Notes: generated from the letters alone by a model not told the origin. A DNA stretch of 30,828 nucleotides from an uncultured bacterium (GCA_965662235.1 CBFIGY010000035.1:1-30828), one strand, 5' to 3'. Shown: positions 17,008 through 27,432, numbered from the stretch's first letter. Numbers and translations: made by a program.

Positions 17008-18495
17008 ATGAACCTCTTGAAGAAAGCCTGTGTGGCCTCCCTGATGAGTTGGGCGGCCCTGAGCACTCCGCTCCATGCGGAAAACCTGAAGCTGGTGCTG
17101 ACCGGCGACATTTACGAACTCGACTCTTCGGCTGGTCGAGGCGGCATGGCCAAGCTGGCCACCGTGGTCGAAGCCCAGCGGGCCTCTGCCGACCATGTGC
17201 TGTTTGTGCATGCGGGAGACACCTTCTCTCCTTCACTGCTTTCCGGATTTGTGAAGGGCAAGCAGATGGTGGAGCTCTTCAATGCGATGAAGCTGGACCT
17301 GATGGTTCTGGGGAACCACGAGTGGGACTTTGGTCCAGAAGTGCTCCGGGAACGTGTCATGGAGTCCAACTTCCCCATTCTGGCCAGCAATGTCCGAGAA
17401 GCGGACGGACTGCCGATTGCCGGCACCATCCGGACCCACATGGTCAATGTTGGTCCCTACCGAGTTGGTTTCATGGGACTCGTCACCCCGATGACCAAGG
17501 AGCTTTCAACGGTTGGCGGCATGACCTTCGCGCCCAACTTGGACTCGGCCAAGCAGCTTGCGGATGAACTCCGGAGCCAAGGCGCCGATCTCGTCATTGC
17601 CCTTGCTCACCTGGACTACACAGAGGACCTAGAGATCGTCAACAGTGGCTTCGTGGACGCTGTGCTTTCCGGGCATGATCACTACAAGATCACCTGGGAC
17701 AATGGCCGGAGCGTTTGGATGGAGTCTGGAGAAGATGCCGAAGCCGTTGCGGTAATGGACATCAGCATGGACCGCGACGGGAAGGGACGCTTCAACTGGG
17801 AAGCCAGCATGGAGATGATCGACACCCGTCACGTGCATGCGGACCGCTACATCACAGGCATGGTGAAGCAGTATGAGGAGTTCCTCAGCAAGGAGCTGGA
17901 CGTCACGATTGGCAAGACCTCCGTGGAGATCGACAGCCGCAAGTCGTCGGTCCGGAGCAAGGAAACCGTCATCGGCAACGTGATCGCCGACGCGATGCGC
18001 AACGAGGTCCAGGCGGACATTGCCATCGCCAACGGGGGCGGCATTCGGGGCAACAAGATCTACACGCCCGGAACCACCCTCACGCGTCGGGACATCCTCA
18101 CGGAACTGCCCTTTGGCAACAAAACGATCAAACTGGTCTTGACCGGGGCACAGGTCCGGGAGGCGCTGGAGAATGGCGTCAGCCAAGCCGAGAAGGGCGC
18201 TGGTCGCTTTCCTCAGGTGTCAGGCCTCAGCTTCACTTGGTCGCCCAAAGCGGCTCCGGGACAGCGTGTGAAGACGGTCCTCGTGGGCGGGAATCCCCTC
18301 CAGGATGGACAGAGCTACACCGTGGCCACCAACGACTACATGGGCGGAGGCGGTGACGGCTACAGCGTCTTCAAGGGGGCTCAGCGGCTTGTTGATGAAA
18401 GTGGCGCCCGCTTGATGGCCAACGCCGTGGCCGACTTCATTCAGCAAAACGGTGGCTTCAACGCCGAATTGGAAGGACGGATTCGCGAGCAGTAA
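17008..18495 (+). CDS. Periplasmic bifunctional metallophosphatase/5'-nucleotidase
   Basis: Signal peptide ending PLHA; TGDIY, HAGDTFSPS, GNHEWDFG, ALAH, GHDH, ETVIGN.IADA, NGGGIR, LPFGN, GRFPQVSG, GGDGY. ATG 17008 after AAGGA. Confidence 0.92.
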   Translation: MNLLKKACVASLMSWAALSTPLHAENLKLVLTGDIYELDSSAGRGGMAKLATVVEAQRASADHVLFVHAGDTFSPSLLSGFVKGKQMVELFNAMKLDLMVLGNHEWDFGPEVLRERVMESNFPILASNVREADGLPIAGTIRTHMVNVGPYRVGFMGLVTPMTKELSTVGGMTFAPNLDSAKQLADELRSQGADLVIALAHLDYTEDLEIVNSGFVDAVLSGHDHYKITWDNGRSVWMESGEDAEAVAVMDISMDRDGKGRFNWEASMEMIDTRHVHADRYITGMVKQYEEFLSKELDVTIGKTSVEIDSRKSSVRSKETVIGNVIADAMRNEVQADIAIANGGGIRGNKIYTPGTTLTRRDILTELPFGNKTIKLVLTGAQVREALENGVSQAEKGAGRFPQVSGLSFTWSPKAAPGQRVKTVLVGGNPLQDGQSYTVATNDYMGGGGDGYSVFKGAQRLVDESGARLMANAVADFIQQNGGFNAELEGRIREQ

Positions 18496-18504
18496 GCTCC
18501 GTTG

Positions 18505-18527
18505 CCCACGGGTTCCTCGCCCGTGGG
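18505..18527. terminator. Hairpin between convergent genes (possible bidirectional terminator)
   Basis: CCCACGGG-N7-CCCGTGGG, perfect 8-bp stem in the 48-bp gap; U-tracts are weak. Confidence 0.55.
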
Positions 18528-18543
18528 ACATTTCTGCAGGAGG

Positions 18544-19578
18544 CTAGACTGCTTTCAGGTCGGCCTCCACCATCTCCTGAATCAGCTCAGACAGGCTGTA
18601 CTTCGGTTCCCACCCCAACACCTCCTTGGCTCGAGTCGCATCTCCGAGCAGCAGGTCCACTTCTGTGGGCCGATAGTACTGAGGATCCACCTGCACGCGA
18701 ATCACCCCTTCTGCATCACGCCCGATTTCCTGCTCCTCGCTTCCTTCCCAAGTCAGCTTGATGCCCGCCACCGCGAAGGCTTCCGTGGTGAAGTCTCGGA
18801 CCGTGGTGGTGACTCCAGTAGCCAGAACAAAGTCACTGGGCTCCGGATGCTGCAGGATGCGCCACATGCCCTCCACGTAATCCCTAGCGTGACCCCAGTC
18901 CCGTTTGGCGTCCAAATTTCCGAGAAACAGGCACTGCTGCTGTCCCTTGGCAATGCGTGCCGCCGCTCGGGTGATCTTTCGGGTCACAAACGTTTCCCCA
19001 CGGAGCGGGGACTCATGGTTGAACAGGATCCCGTTGCTGGCGTGCATGCCATAGGCTTCCCGGTAGTTGACCGTAATCCAGTACCCGTAAAGCTTGGCCA
19101 CCGCGTAAGGAGACCGAGGGTAGAAGGGGGTCCGTTCCGTTTGCGGGGTTTCCTGCACGAGCCCATAAAGCTCTGAGGTAGACGCTTGGTAAAAGCGGGT
19201 CTTGCCTTCCAACCCCAGAATCCGGATGGCCTCCAGCAGTCTAAGGGTCCCGATGGCGTCCGAGTTGGCCGTGTACTCCGGCGTCTCAAAGCTCACCTTG
19301 ACGTGACTCTGTGCGGCGAGGTTGTACAGTTCATCCGGCTGGGTCTCCTGGACAATCCGGAGGAGGTTGGTCGAGTCCGTCAGGTCTCCGTAGTGCAGAA
19401 TGAAGTTCCGGTGGTCCAGGTGCGGGTCCTGGTAGAGGTGATCGATTCGCCCCGTATTGAAACTGGAGCTGCGGCGTTTGATTCCGTGAACAACGTAACC
19501 CTTTTTTAGGAGTAACTCCGCGAGGTAGGCGCCATCTTGTCCTGTAACACCTGTTAGGAGAGCCGTCTTCTGTGTCAT
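18544..19578 (-). CDS. gmd: GDP-mannose 4,6-dehydratase
   Basis: [66 protein letters not shown]. The real start is ATG 19578, overlapping the fcl stop (ATGA). Confidence 0.97.
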   Translation of the reverse strand: MTQKTALLTGVTGQDGAYLAELLLKKGYVVHGIKRRSSSFNTGRIDHLYQDPHLDHRNFILHYGDLTDSTNLLRIVQETQPDELYNLAAQSHVKVSFETPEYTANSDAIGTLRLLEAIRILGLEGKTRFYQASTSELYGLVQETPQTERTPFYPRSPYAVAKLYGYWITVNYREAYGMHASNGILFNHESPLRGETFVTRKITRAAARIAKGQQQCLFLGNLDAKRDWGHARDYVEGMWRILQHPEPSDFVLATGVTTTVRDFTTEAFAVAGIKLTWEGSEEQEIGRDAEGVIRVQVDPQYYRPTEVDLLLGDATRAKEVLGWEPKYSLSELIQEMVEADLKAV

Positions 19579-20504
19579 GCGTGGTTTTCCAAATACCAGT
19601 GATAGGTTTGCTCCAAACCAGAGCGTAGAGAGATGCGGGGGCTCCACCCCAACTGAGTGAGCTTGGTTGTATCCAGAACCTTGCGGGGGGTGCCGTCCGG
19701 ACGGGAGGTGTCCCACGTCAGGTTTCCTTGGTAGCCGACAACGGCAGCGATCGTCTCTGCCAGTTCGCGGATGGTGCAGTCACGTCCCCATCCCACATTG
19801 ACGATTTCCGGCTCATGGTAGTGTTCCATCAGAAACAGGCAGGCGTCCGCCAGATCATCGCTGTGCAGGAACTCCCGCTTGGGGGTTCCGCTTCCCCAAA
19901 CCGTGACCTCCGGCGCCTGCTGAGCTGTCGCTTCATGGAAACGACGCATCAGGGCAGGAAGCACATGTGAGTGCTCCGGATGGAAGTTGTCATAAGGCCC
20001 GTAAAGGTTTGTCGGCATTGCGGCAATGAAGTTGGCGCCGTACTGCTTGCGGTAGGACTGGCAGGCCTGAATGCCAGCGATTTTGGCAATCGCATAGGCG
20101 TCATTGGTGGCTTCCAGGGCCCCTGTCAAGAGCGACGCCTCCGCGATGGGCTGCGGGGCAAACTTGGGGTAGATGCAGGAACTGCCGAGGAACAGGAGCT
20201 TCTGGACACCCGTTCGCCAGGCTTCGTGAATGACATGCGTTTGAATGAGGAGGTTCTCACGCAGAAACTCTGCCGGAAAGCTGTTGTTCGCCTGAATCCC
20301 TCCCACCTTGGCCGCCGCCAGAAAAACGTAATCCGGACGCTCCTCCTCAAAGAAGTTCCGGACGGATTCTGCTTGGGTCAAGTCCAGCTCAGCATGGGTC
20401 CGGACCAACAGGTTCTGGAAGCCTCGCTGCTGCAGAGCCCGGAGGAGGGCTGAGCCCGCAAGGCCTCGGTGTCCGGCGACGTAAATTCGATCTTCAGGAT
20501 TCAT
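19575..20504 (-). CDS. fcl: GDP-L-fucose synthase
   Basis: [70 protein letters not shown]. Start 20504 or 20513. Confidence 0.97.
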   Translation of the reverse strand: MNPEDRIYVAGHRGLAGSALLRALQQRGFQNLLVRTHAELDLTQAESVRNFFEEERPDYVFLAAAKVGGIQANNSFPAEFLRENLLIQTHVIHEAWRTGVQKLLFLGSSCIYPKFAPQPIAEASLLTGALEATNDAYAIAKIAGIQACQSYRKQYGANFIAAMPTNLYGPYDNFHPEHSHVLPALMRRFHEATAQQAPEVTVWGSGTPKREFLHSDDLADACLFLMEHYHEPEIVNVGWGRDCTIRELAETIAAVVGYQGNLTWDTSRPDGTPRKVLDTTKLTQLGWSPRISLRSGLEQTYHWYLENHA

Positions 20505-20768
20505 GACGTTCATTGAAGCAGAGAAAATTCAGCCCCCGAAGCCCACATCAACCGCCTCAAGCCGCGGCCTTTTTTCTTTTTGGTACGGTGGCTTTTGGAG
20601 AGTAAAGCCTTGCAAGGATAGTGATTTTTTGAGTTATTTCAAATCAAAACCCATTTTGTCAGAGTCAGATTTTTGGGAGCTCTGCGACGGTCCATTGTCG
20701 CAGCCAGCAGCTTCCAGGTCCCCCTTCCTCGCCTCCCTGAGAAAAGTTTTCGGGAAAACGGTTCCTTT

Positions 20769-20785
20769 TCAAAAACACTTTTTGA
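20769..20785. promoter_or_regulatory. Operator-like inverted repeat upstream of doeC
   Basis: TCAAAAA-CAC-TTTTTGA lies over the -35 position of a TACGAT -10 element (20797-20802). A second repeat, GTTTTC-GG-GAAAAC, is at 20746-20759. Confidence 0.35.
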
Positions 20786-20831
20786 GCGCCCTCCGCTACG
20801 ATTCCTGCAGATTTATGCCTCAGGAGGTTGC

Positions 20832-22310
20832 ATGCATACGAATGACGCCCGTCCCCTGGTCGGAACCTTAAACCATCCCAGCCTTTTTCAAGAAGCCGCT
20901 TACCTGCAAGGAACGTGGTGCGCGCCTGCAGGTGTGCCCCAACAAGACGTCCTCAATCCTGGAACCGGAGCCGTTATCGGTCAGGTTCCGGTTTTGGGCG
21001 CTTCCGAAGCGCAAGAAGCTGTTTCGGCAGCAGATGCCGCTTTTGCCTCATGGTCAACGGCACTTCCTCAGGAACGGGCCGCCTTGCTCCGTCGCTGGTT
21101 CGAGTTGATGCTGGAGCATCAGGACGACCTGGCCCGCCTGATGACCGAGGAGCAGGGCAAGCCACTCTCTGAAGCTCAAGGAGAGGTGGAGTATGGAGCC
21201 TCGTTTGCGGAGTTCTTTGCGGAGCAGGCTCGGCGTCCGGATGTTCTGAGCATCACCTCGCATCTTCCGAACGCGGAGGTCGAGGTCTGGATGGAGCCAC
21301 TGGGCGTTGCGGCGCTCGTGACCCCCTGGAACTTCCCGAACGCCATGTTGGTCCGTAAGGCGGCGGCAGCGCTTTCGGTGGGGTGCACCGTGGTTGCACA
21401 CCCCTCCATGCAAACCCCCTACTCGGCACTGGCTCTGGCCGTTCTCGCCGAAGAAGCTGGATTCCCGCCCGGTGTGTTCAATGTCATCACTGGGGCCCCA
21501 GAGGTGATTGTTGGAGAGTGGATGCAGGATCCTCGCGTCCGGGCCCTGTCCTTTACGGGCTCCACCCCCATCGGGCGGTTGCTGTACCAGCAGTCAGCAG
21601 ATACCCTCAAGCGCCTGAGCCTTGAGTTGGGGGGACACGCTCCGTTTCTTGTGTTTGAAGATGCGGATCTGGAACGTGCGGTAGAAGAGGCGATCAAGGC
21701 GAAGTTTGCCACTTCTGGACAGGACTGCCTAGCGGCCAACCGAATCCTGGTTCACACCTCGCTCTATGACGCCTTCTGTGAACGCTTTGCGAACGCTGTT
21801 CAGTCCCTGAGCGTCGGGTTGGGCAAGGATGATCCGGACATCGGCCCCCTCATCAACGCCGCAGCCGTCCAGAAGCAGCAGGAGCATGTTGCCGATGCCC
21901 TCCAGCACGGAGCCCAGTTGCTTTGCGGAGGTGCGGTGCTGGAGCAAGGACCCAACTTCTTTGCCCCAACCGTCCTCAAGGATGTTCCCCGCAGTGCCCT
22001 CATCATGCACGATGAAACCTTCGGTCCAGTGGCGCCAATTGCTGCTTTTCAATCTGAAGAAGAAGCCGTATCGTGGGCCAATGACACCGAATACGGACTG
22101 ATGGCATACGTCCACACCCGCAACCCTTCCCGCATTTACCGGGTCAGCCGAGCCCTGAAATTCGGCATGATTGGAGTCAATCGCACCAAGGTCACAGGCG
22201 CCCCCATTCCGTTTGGCGGCATGAAGCAGTCTGGATGGGGACGAGAAGGCTCGCGCTACGGGCTGGATGTCTTTGCTGACATCAAATACGTCTGCAGAGA
22301 CTGGTCCTGA
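20832..22310 (+). CDS. doeC: NAD(P)-dependent semialdehyde dehydrogenase, DoeC/Ssd-like (ectoine catabolism)
   Basis: TPWNFP, SFTGST, LELGGHAPF, KFATSGQDCLAANR, ETFGPVA; adjacent to a doeD-like gene. ATG 20832 after AGGAGG. Confidence 0.8.
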   Translation: MHTNDARPLVGTLNHPSLFQEAAYLQGTWCAPAGVPQQDVLNPGTGAVIGQVPVLGASEAQEAVSAADAAFASWSTALPQERAALLRRWFELMLEHQDDLARLMTEEQGKPLSEAQGEVEYGASFAEFFAEQARRPDVLSITSHLPNAEVEVWMEPLGVAALVTPWNFPNAMLVRKAAAALSVGCTVVAHPSMQTPYSALALAVLAEEAGFPPGVFNVITGAPEVIVGEWMQDPRVRALSFTGSTPIGRLLYQQSADTLKRLSLELGGHAPFLVFEDADLERAVEEAIKAKFATSGQDCLAANRILVHTSLYDAFCERFANAVQSLSVGLGKDDPDIGPLINAAAVQKQQEHVADALQHGAQLLCGGAVLEQGPNFFAPTVLKDVPRSALIMHDETFGPVAPIAAFQSEEEAVSWANDTEYGLMAYVHTRNPSRIYRVSRALKFGMIGVNRTKVTGAPIPFGGMKQSGWGREGSRYGLDVFADIKYVCRDWS

Positions 22311-22333
22311 CTCAACTAACCATAAAGGAATCC

Positions 22334-23707
22334 ATGCTTGATAAAAAAATCCTCGAATCATGGGATCGAGAGAACTTCTTTCACCCCTCCACCCACCTGG
22401 CTCAGTTTGCCCGTAGCGAAGCCCCCCAACGCGTCGTCACCGGAGGCGAAGGCGTCTTCATTAAGGACTCCGACGGCAACACCCTGCTGGATGCCTTTGC
22501 GGGGCTCTACTGCGTTAACGTCGGCTATGGTCGCAGCGAGGTCATTGAAGCCATTGCCGCGCAAGCCCGGGAACTGGCTTACTACCATGCCTATGTCGGT
22601 CATGGCACCGAAGCCAGCATCACCCTTGCCAAAATGGTCCTAGACCGAGCCCCGGAGCACATGGGCAAGGTCTACTTCGGCCTCTCCGGTTCTGATGCCA
22701 ACGAGACGAACCTCAAGCTGGTGTGGTACTACAACAATATCCTTGGGCGTCCGGAGAAGAAGAAAATCATCTCCCGCTGGCGAGGTTACCACGGTTCCGG
22801 CCTGATGACCGGATCCCTGACCGGGCTCGACCTCTTCCACAAGAAGTTTGACCTGCCCCTGGACCGCGTCCTCCACACCGAGGCGCCTTACTACTTCCGC
22901 CGTGCCCCGGAACTGGAGCAACTGAGCGAAGTGGAATTTTCCCAGCACTGCGCCACGGAACTGGAAAAGCTCATTGAGCAGGAAGGTCCGGAGACGATTG
23001 CAGCCTTTGTTGCAGAGCCGGCTTTGGGAACCGGAGGACTGGTGCCTCCTCCAGAAGGGTACTGGGAAGCGATCCAGCCCATCCTCCAGAAATACGACAT
23101 CCTTCTCATCGCAGATGAGGTCGTCACCGGTTTTGGACGCCTGGGGTCGATGTTCGGCAGCCAGCACTATCAACTGCAGCCTGACCTGATCACCATTGCC
23201 AAGGGCCTGACCAGCGCCTACGCGCCTCTCTCAGGCTCCATTGTCTCCAACCGCATGTACGATGTCCTCATGCAGGGCACGGACGAATACGGACCGATTG
23301 GACACGGCTGGACCTACTCGGCGCACCCCATTGGCGCCGCTGCTGGAGTCGCCAACCTGAAGCTGGTCGACGACCTGAACCTGGTGCAGAACGCCAAGGA
23401 CACCGGTGCCTACCTGAAGGCGCAGCTTCAAGAGGCGCTTGCGGCCCATCCGCACGTCGGAGAGATCCGCGGGGAAGGCCTGCTTCTCGCCGTTGAGTTT
23501 GTGGAGAACCGCGACTCCCGAACCTTCTTTGACGCCAGCAAGAAAGTGGGCCCCACTGTGGCCGCCAACCTTGCGAAGCAAAACGTCATCGGACGGGCCA
23601 TGCCGCAGGGAGACATCCTTGGCCTTGCCCCGCCCCTTTGCCTTCAACGTTCTGAAGCCGACCAGATTGTGGACGCGCTCCGTCAGGCCCTGGAACTGAC
23701 CTTCTGA
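22334..23707 (+). CDS. doeD: Class III aminotransferase, L-2,4-diaminobutyrate transaminase DoeD/Atf-like
   Basis: WDRENFFHPSTHLAQ, DAFAGLYCVNVGYGR, YYHAYVGHGTEASI, RWRGYHGSGLMTGSLTGL, DEVVTGFGR, IAKGLTSAY, RAMPQGDILG. Confidence 0.85.
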   Translation: MLDKKILESWDRENFFHPSTHLAQFARSEAPQRVVTGGEGVFIKDSDGNTLLDAFAGLYCVNVGYGRSEVIEAIAAQARELAYYHAYVGHGTEASITLAKMVLDRAPEHMGKVYFGLSGSDANETNLKLVWYYNNILGRPEKKKIISRWRGYHGSGLMTGSLTGLDLFHKKFDLPLDRVLHTEAPYYFRRAPELEQLSEVEFSQHCATELEKLIEQEGPETIAAFVAEPALGTGGLVPPPEGYWEAIQPILQKYDILLIADEVVTGFGRLGSMFGSQHYQLQPDLITIAKGLTSAYAPLSGSIVSNRMYDVLMQGTDEYGPIGHGWTYSAHPIGAAAGVANLKLVDDLNLVQNAKDTGAYLKAQLQEALAAHPHVGEIRGEGLLLAVEFVENRDSRTFFDASKKVGPTVAANLAKQNVIGRAMPQGDILGLAPPLCLQRSEADQIVDALRQALELTF

Positions 23708-23721
23708 CCCCCTCCTTGACC

Positions 23722-23745
23722 GCGTTGGGGCTCCGGCCTCAACGC
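23722..23745 (+). terminator. Stable hairpin after doeD
   Basis: GCGTTGGGGC-TCCG-GCCTCAACGC: 10-bp stem with one G-U pair and a c(UNCG)g loop, 14 nt after the stop. No U-tract. Confidence 0.5.
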
Positions 23746-23887
23746 TCCCGCTCCCACGACTTCTCCTTGAACATTGCCCCCCTTTGCGTCATGGTGTCGC
23801 AACTTGCCGGGGAGGGCCAAGCACCCGCCTTGCACCCCCTCTGTTCACCAGACCCCCGAAGCCTTTAGCTCCAACGTCCGGAAGTTC

Positions 23888-24679
23888 ATGCCTCGATTCG
23901 CGGCCAATCTGTCCATGCTCTTCACTGAAGAGCCCTTTCTGGATCGTTTTGCCGCTGCCGCACAAGCAGGGTTCCACGGCATTGAGTACCTCTTTCCCTA
24001 TGCCTTCTCTCCCGCTCTGCTCAACGAAATGCTCGCAGAGAGCGGACTGGAGCAGGTGCTCTTCAACCTCCCTCCTGGAGACTGGGATGCCGGAGAGCGT
24101 GGCCTCGCTTGCCTCCCAAACCGTCAGAGCGAATTCCGCGAAAGCGTCCACTGTGCACTGGAGTATGCACAGGCGCTCGCGTGCCCGCGTCTGCATGTGA
24201 TGGCAGGCATTCCTCCAGCAGACGGGTCACCGGAAGAGGCTTTGGAAACCTATATCATCAATCTAAGCTACGCGGCAGCCCAACTCGGAGCCGCTGGCAT
24301 CGAGGCTCTGATTGAACCGATCAACACCCGAGACATGCCGGGGTACCTGTTGAACCACTCGAAGCAGGCGCTGGAAATCCTACGGCAGGTCAATGCTCCG
24401 AACCTGAAGGTGCAGTACGACATCTACCACATGCAGATCATGGAAGGGGACCTTGCTCCGACTCTGGAGCAGCTGCTCCCCCACATCGGGCACCTCCAGC
24501 TGGCAGACACGCCCGGACGCAACGAGCCTGGAACCGGAGAAATTCACTACCCGTTCCTCTTCCAACACCTGGACCGGCTGGGCTACTCCGGATGGATCGG
24601 CTGCGAGTACCGTCCCCAAACCACGACCCTGGAAGGCCTCGGCTGGATCCGTCCCTGGCTGAAAGCGCCTGCACCTTGA
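23888..24679 (+). CDS. hyi: Hydroxypyruvate isomerase family protein (Hyi/OtnI)
   Basis: MPRFAANLSMLFTE, EYLFPY, LFNLPPGDW..GERG, IEPIN.RDMPGY, YDIYHMQIMEG, Q.AD.PGRNEPGTGEI, IGCEY.P. ATG 23888. Confidence 0.85.
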   Translation: MPRFAANLSMLFTEEPFLDRFAAAAQAGFHGIEYLFPYAFSPALLNEMLAESGLEQVLFNLPPGDWDAGERGLACLPNRQSEFRESVHCALEYAQALACPRLHVMAGIPPADGSPEEALETYIINLSYAAAQLGAAGIEALIEPINTRDMPGYLLNHSKQALEILRQVNAPNLKVQYDIYHMQIMEGDLAPTLEQLLPHIGHLQLADTPGRNEPGTGEIHYPFLFQHLDRLGYSGWIGCEYRPQTTTLEGLGWIRPWLKAPAP

Positions 24680-24718
24680 AGCTTCCTCACCTTATTGTGT
24701 TCCCCTTGAAGGAGGATT

Positions 24719-26188
24719 ATGCCGTTTCCCCACGCCATTCGACAGCAACTCGACCAGATCTGTGGCAAGGAGTGGGTCAAGGATGACCCCATCACGCTCT
24801 ACACGTACCGGTGTGACGGCCTGACGCTCTACACGGCTCCTCCTCTGGGAGTGGTTTATCCCGGTTCAACAGAAGAGTTGGTGCAGGTCGTCAAACTGTT
24901 TCACGCTGAAGGCCTTTCCTTTCTGCCACGTGGTGCGGGAACCGGACTGTCCGGGGGCGCCGTCCCTCATGAAGGAAGCGCCATCATCGAAATGGCTCGC
25001 TTCAAGGAGATCACAGAAGTCGACTGGATCAACCGGACGATCACGCTGGGACCTGGGGTCATCAACCTGCGGATCACCGAGCACGTCAAACCGCACGGCT
25101 ATCATTTTGTCCCAGACCCTTCCTCACAAAAGGCCTGCACCATCGGAGGAAACGTGGCGGAAAATTCCGGAGGCCCCCACACCCTCAAGTACGGTGTGAC
25201 CGTCAACCACGTCCTCGGACTGGAAATGGTCTTGCCGGATGGCGAAGTGGTGACGCTCGGGGGCTCGTTTCACAACATGCCCGGCCCCGACCTCCTTGGC
25301 CTTGTCATTGGCTCAGAAGGAACCTTTGGCATTGTCACCAAGGTCATCTGCCGCCTCACGCCCAATCCAGAAAAAGCCGTCACGCTGCTGGGGGTCTTCT
25401 CCTCGGTCCGGGGCGCCTGTGATGCCGTTTCCGCCATCATCCGCAACGGAACGGTTCCCGCGGCCATGGAATTGATCGACAAGACCGTCATCCACGCTGT
25501 CGAAGCCGCCCTCAAGCCCGGCTTCCCCCAAGACGCTGAGGCGGTGCTCATTGTCGAGCTGGAGGACCTTGAGGATGGACTGGAGGAAGAAGCCCAGCTT
25601 GTGGCAGAGATGCTGACTGCCAACGGCGCCCGCTCGGTGGAACGTGCCAAGGACGACGCCGAACGCGCCCGCATCTGGCGAGCCCGGAAAGAAAGTTTTG
25701 GTGCCATCGGACAAATCTCCCCCAGCTACTACGTGCAGGATGGGGTCATTCCCCGGAGCAAGCTCCCGGAGGTGATTGACGCCATTGAAGCCATTGGACG
25801 GAAGCACCAGCTCATTGTCGCGAACGTCTTCCACGCCGGTGACGGCAACCTGCACCCGCTTATCCTCTTCAACTACGAAAATGAAGACGAAATTGAACGG
25901 ACCCACCAAGCCGGTGAGGAGATCCTCCAGGTCTGCCTGAAGCTCGGCGGAGCCCTCTCGGGAGAGCACGGTATTGGACTGGAGAAGCGCAAGCTCATGA
26001 CAGAGAACTACCTCGAAGCCGACCTCAAGAACATGGGCTGGGTTCGAGAATTCTTCAACCCGGAGGGCAAGCTGAACCCCGGGAAGGTTCTTCCTCATCC
26101 GGGACGCTGTGCGGAGTCCAAGATTCCGGCACCCGCTGAGCTGAACGCCCCCAAACTCGTGGCCCGGAAGTCCGGAATTGCCGTATGA
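24719..26188 (+). CDS. glcD: Glycolate oxidase/dehydrogenase FAD subunit GlcD
   Basis: PRGAGTGLSGG, PDPSSQKACTIGGNVAENSGGPH.LKYG, GSEGTFG, DGVIPRS, FHAGDGNLHP, GEHGIGLEK; AAGGAGG ribosome-binding site. Confidence 0.9.
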   Translation: MPFPHAIRQQLDQICGKEWVKDDPITLYTYRCDGLTLYTAPPLGVVYPGSTEELVQVVKLFHAEGLSFLPRGAGTGLSGGAVPHEGSAIIEMARFKEITEVDWINRTITLGPGVINLRITEHVKPHGYHFVPDPSSQKACTIGGNVAENSGGPHTLKYGVTVNHVLGLEMVLPDGEVVTLGGSFHNMPGPDLLGLVIGSEGTFGIVTKVICRLTPNPEKAVTLLGVFSSVRGACDAVSAIIRNGTVPAAMELIDKTVIHAVEAALKPGFPQDAEAVLIVELEDLEDGLEEEAQLVAEMLTANGARSVERAKDDAERARIWRARKESFGAIGQISPSYYVQDGVIPRSKLPEVIDAIEAIGRKHQLIVANVFHAGDGNLHPLILFNYENEDEIERTHQAGEEILQVCLKLGGALSGEHGIGLEKRKLMTENYLEADLKNMGWVREFFNPEGKLNPGKVLPHPGRCAESKIPAPAELNAPKLVARKSGIAV

Positions 26189-27381
26189 CCCACGCTGTCC
26201 CCTCCTCCATTGATGCGGCTCAGAGTTGGGTCCAGGAACGTATCCGGACCCAGGAACCCTTTGTCATCCGCGGAAACCGCACCCGCTTTCACCCGACAGA
26301 CTTCACGTCTCCGGAAACAGAGCTACACCTGAGTGCCCTGACCGCCACCAACTTCTTTGACCCTGATGACATGGTGGTCGGTGTTGAGGCCGGGGTCTCG
26401 ATTCAGGCCTTGCAGGAACAGGTAGGCGAACGCAACATGGTGCTCCCCATCAATCCTTGGTTCCCGGATTCCAGCATTGGTGGGCTGCTTGCCTCAAATG
26501 ACGTGGGCCCCAACCGCATGAACATGGGCGGGCTCCGGGACTGCATCATTGGCCTTGAGTACCTCAACGGTGAAGGCGACCGCGTCCATGCCGGTGGCAC
26601 CGTCGTCAAGAACGTTACAGGTTACGACCTGAACCGCATGATGCTGGGCAGCCTCGGTGGCCTCGGCGTGATTACCGCTGCGAACTTCAAGGTCATGCCC
26701 CGTCCGGTTGCTCCGCATGGTCTTTATGCTCGCTGTCCGGACACGACGTGGCTTCATCGGGTGGCTGACCTTCACCGGGCTCGGTTGCCGCTGGACTGGA
26801 TTCAAGCCCTTTCGCCTCTGGAAACCGGTCAAGCGGACTGGGTGGTTGGCATCGGCATTTCGGGAAACACCGACCGGCGCCAACGCCTTCAGCAGGAGAT
26901 CCAGTCGCACTTCCCTCAGCCCCTGCAGGTGCTTGCCGAAGGAGAAGCGTCTTCGGAATTACCGTATCTGCCTGGGACCGACCGGCATACGGGCTGGGTG
27001 GCTTCACTCCGGCGGCAGTGGGCGCTTCCGGAAGGGCACCTGCACGTAATGCTGCTGCTGCCCACCAGCGAAGGCCTCAACCCGATGCACCTAGAGTCGC
27101 TTCAGCAAGACGGCCTGCACCTGGCCGTGCATCCAATCGGCGCAGACCTGCACGTCTTCCTCAAGGATCCGGACCGTACTGCTCAGCAGAAGCTACTGAC
27201 GTCTCTGAAAGCCGTTGGGCGTCGGGTGCAGGGAAGGCTCGTGTGGGGCAGTGCTCACCCGGATTTGGGATATGCTGACCTAGAGGAATTGGCGCAGGCA
27301 CCGGGTTACTCGCTGGCGCAGCGTCTCAAGCAGCACCTGGATCCCGCAGGAATCTTCCACGCTCCGTTTTATCAGCAATGA
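26185..27381 (+). CDS. glcE: Glycolate oxidase FAD-binding subunit GlcE (divergent C-terminal half)
   Basis: V.VEAG, SIGGLLA...GP.R...G.LRD, GG.VVKNVTGYDL.R...GSLG.LG, LK..LDP.GIF; ATGA overlap with glcD. Confidence 0.8.
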   Translation: MTHAVPSSIDAAQSWVQERIRTQEPFVIRGNRTRFHPTDFTSPETELHLSALTATNFFDPDDMVVGVEAGVSIQALQEQVGERNMVLPINPWFPDSSIGGLLASNDVGPNRMNMGGLRDCIIGLEYLNGEGDRVHAGGTVVKNVTGYDLNRMMLGSLGGLGVITAANFKVMPRPVAPHGLYARCPDTTWLHRVADLHRARLPLDWIQALSPLETGQADWVVGIGISGNTDRRQRLQQEIQSHFPQPLQVLAEGEASSELPYLPGTDRHTGWVASLRRQWALPEGHLHVMLLLPTSEGLNPMHLESLQQDGLHLAVHPIGADLHVFLKDPDRTAQQKLLTSLKAVGRRVQGRLVWGSAHPDLGYADLEELAQAPGYSLAQRLKQHLDPAGIFHAPFYQQ

Positions 27382-27432
27382 CCCGTCTCGACCCGTTATG
27401 TTCCGTTTAATCTTTTTGTTGGGGAAAAAGCG

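Noticed and set aside
18502..19176. 224-aa + strand ORF opposite gmd
   Set aside because: Antisense shadow of a highly conserved gene, with no start signals or recognisable motifs.
20651..20710. ATTGTC/TTTGTC half-sites as a MocR-type (EnuR) operator
   Set aside because: No complementary GACAA arm follows either half-site.
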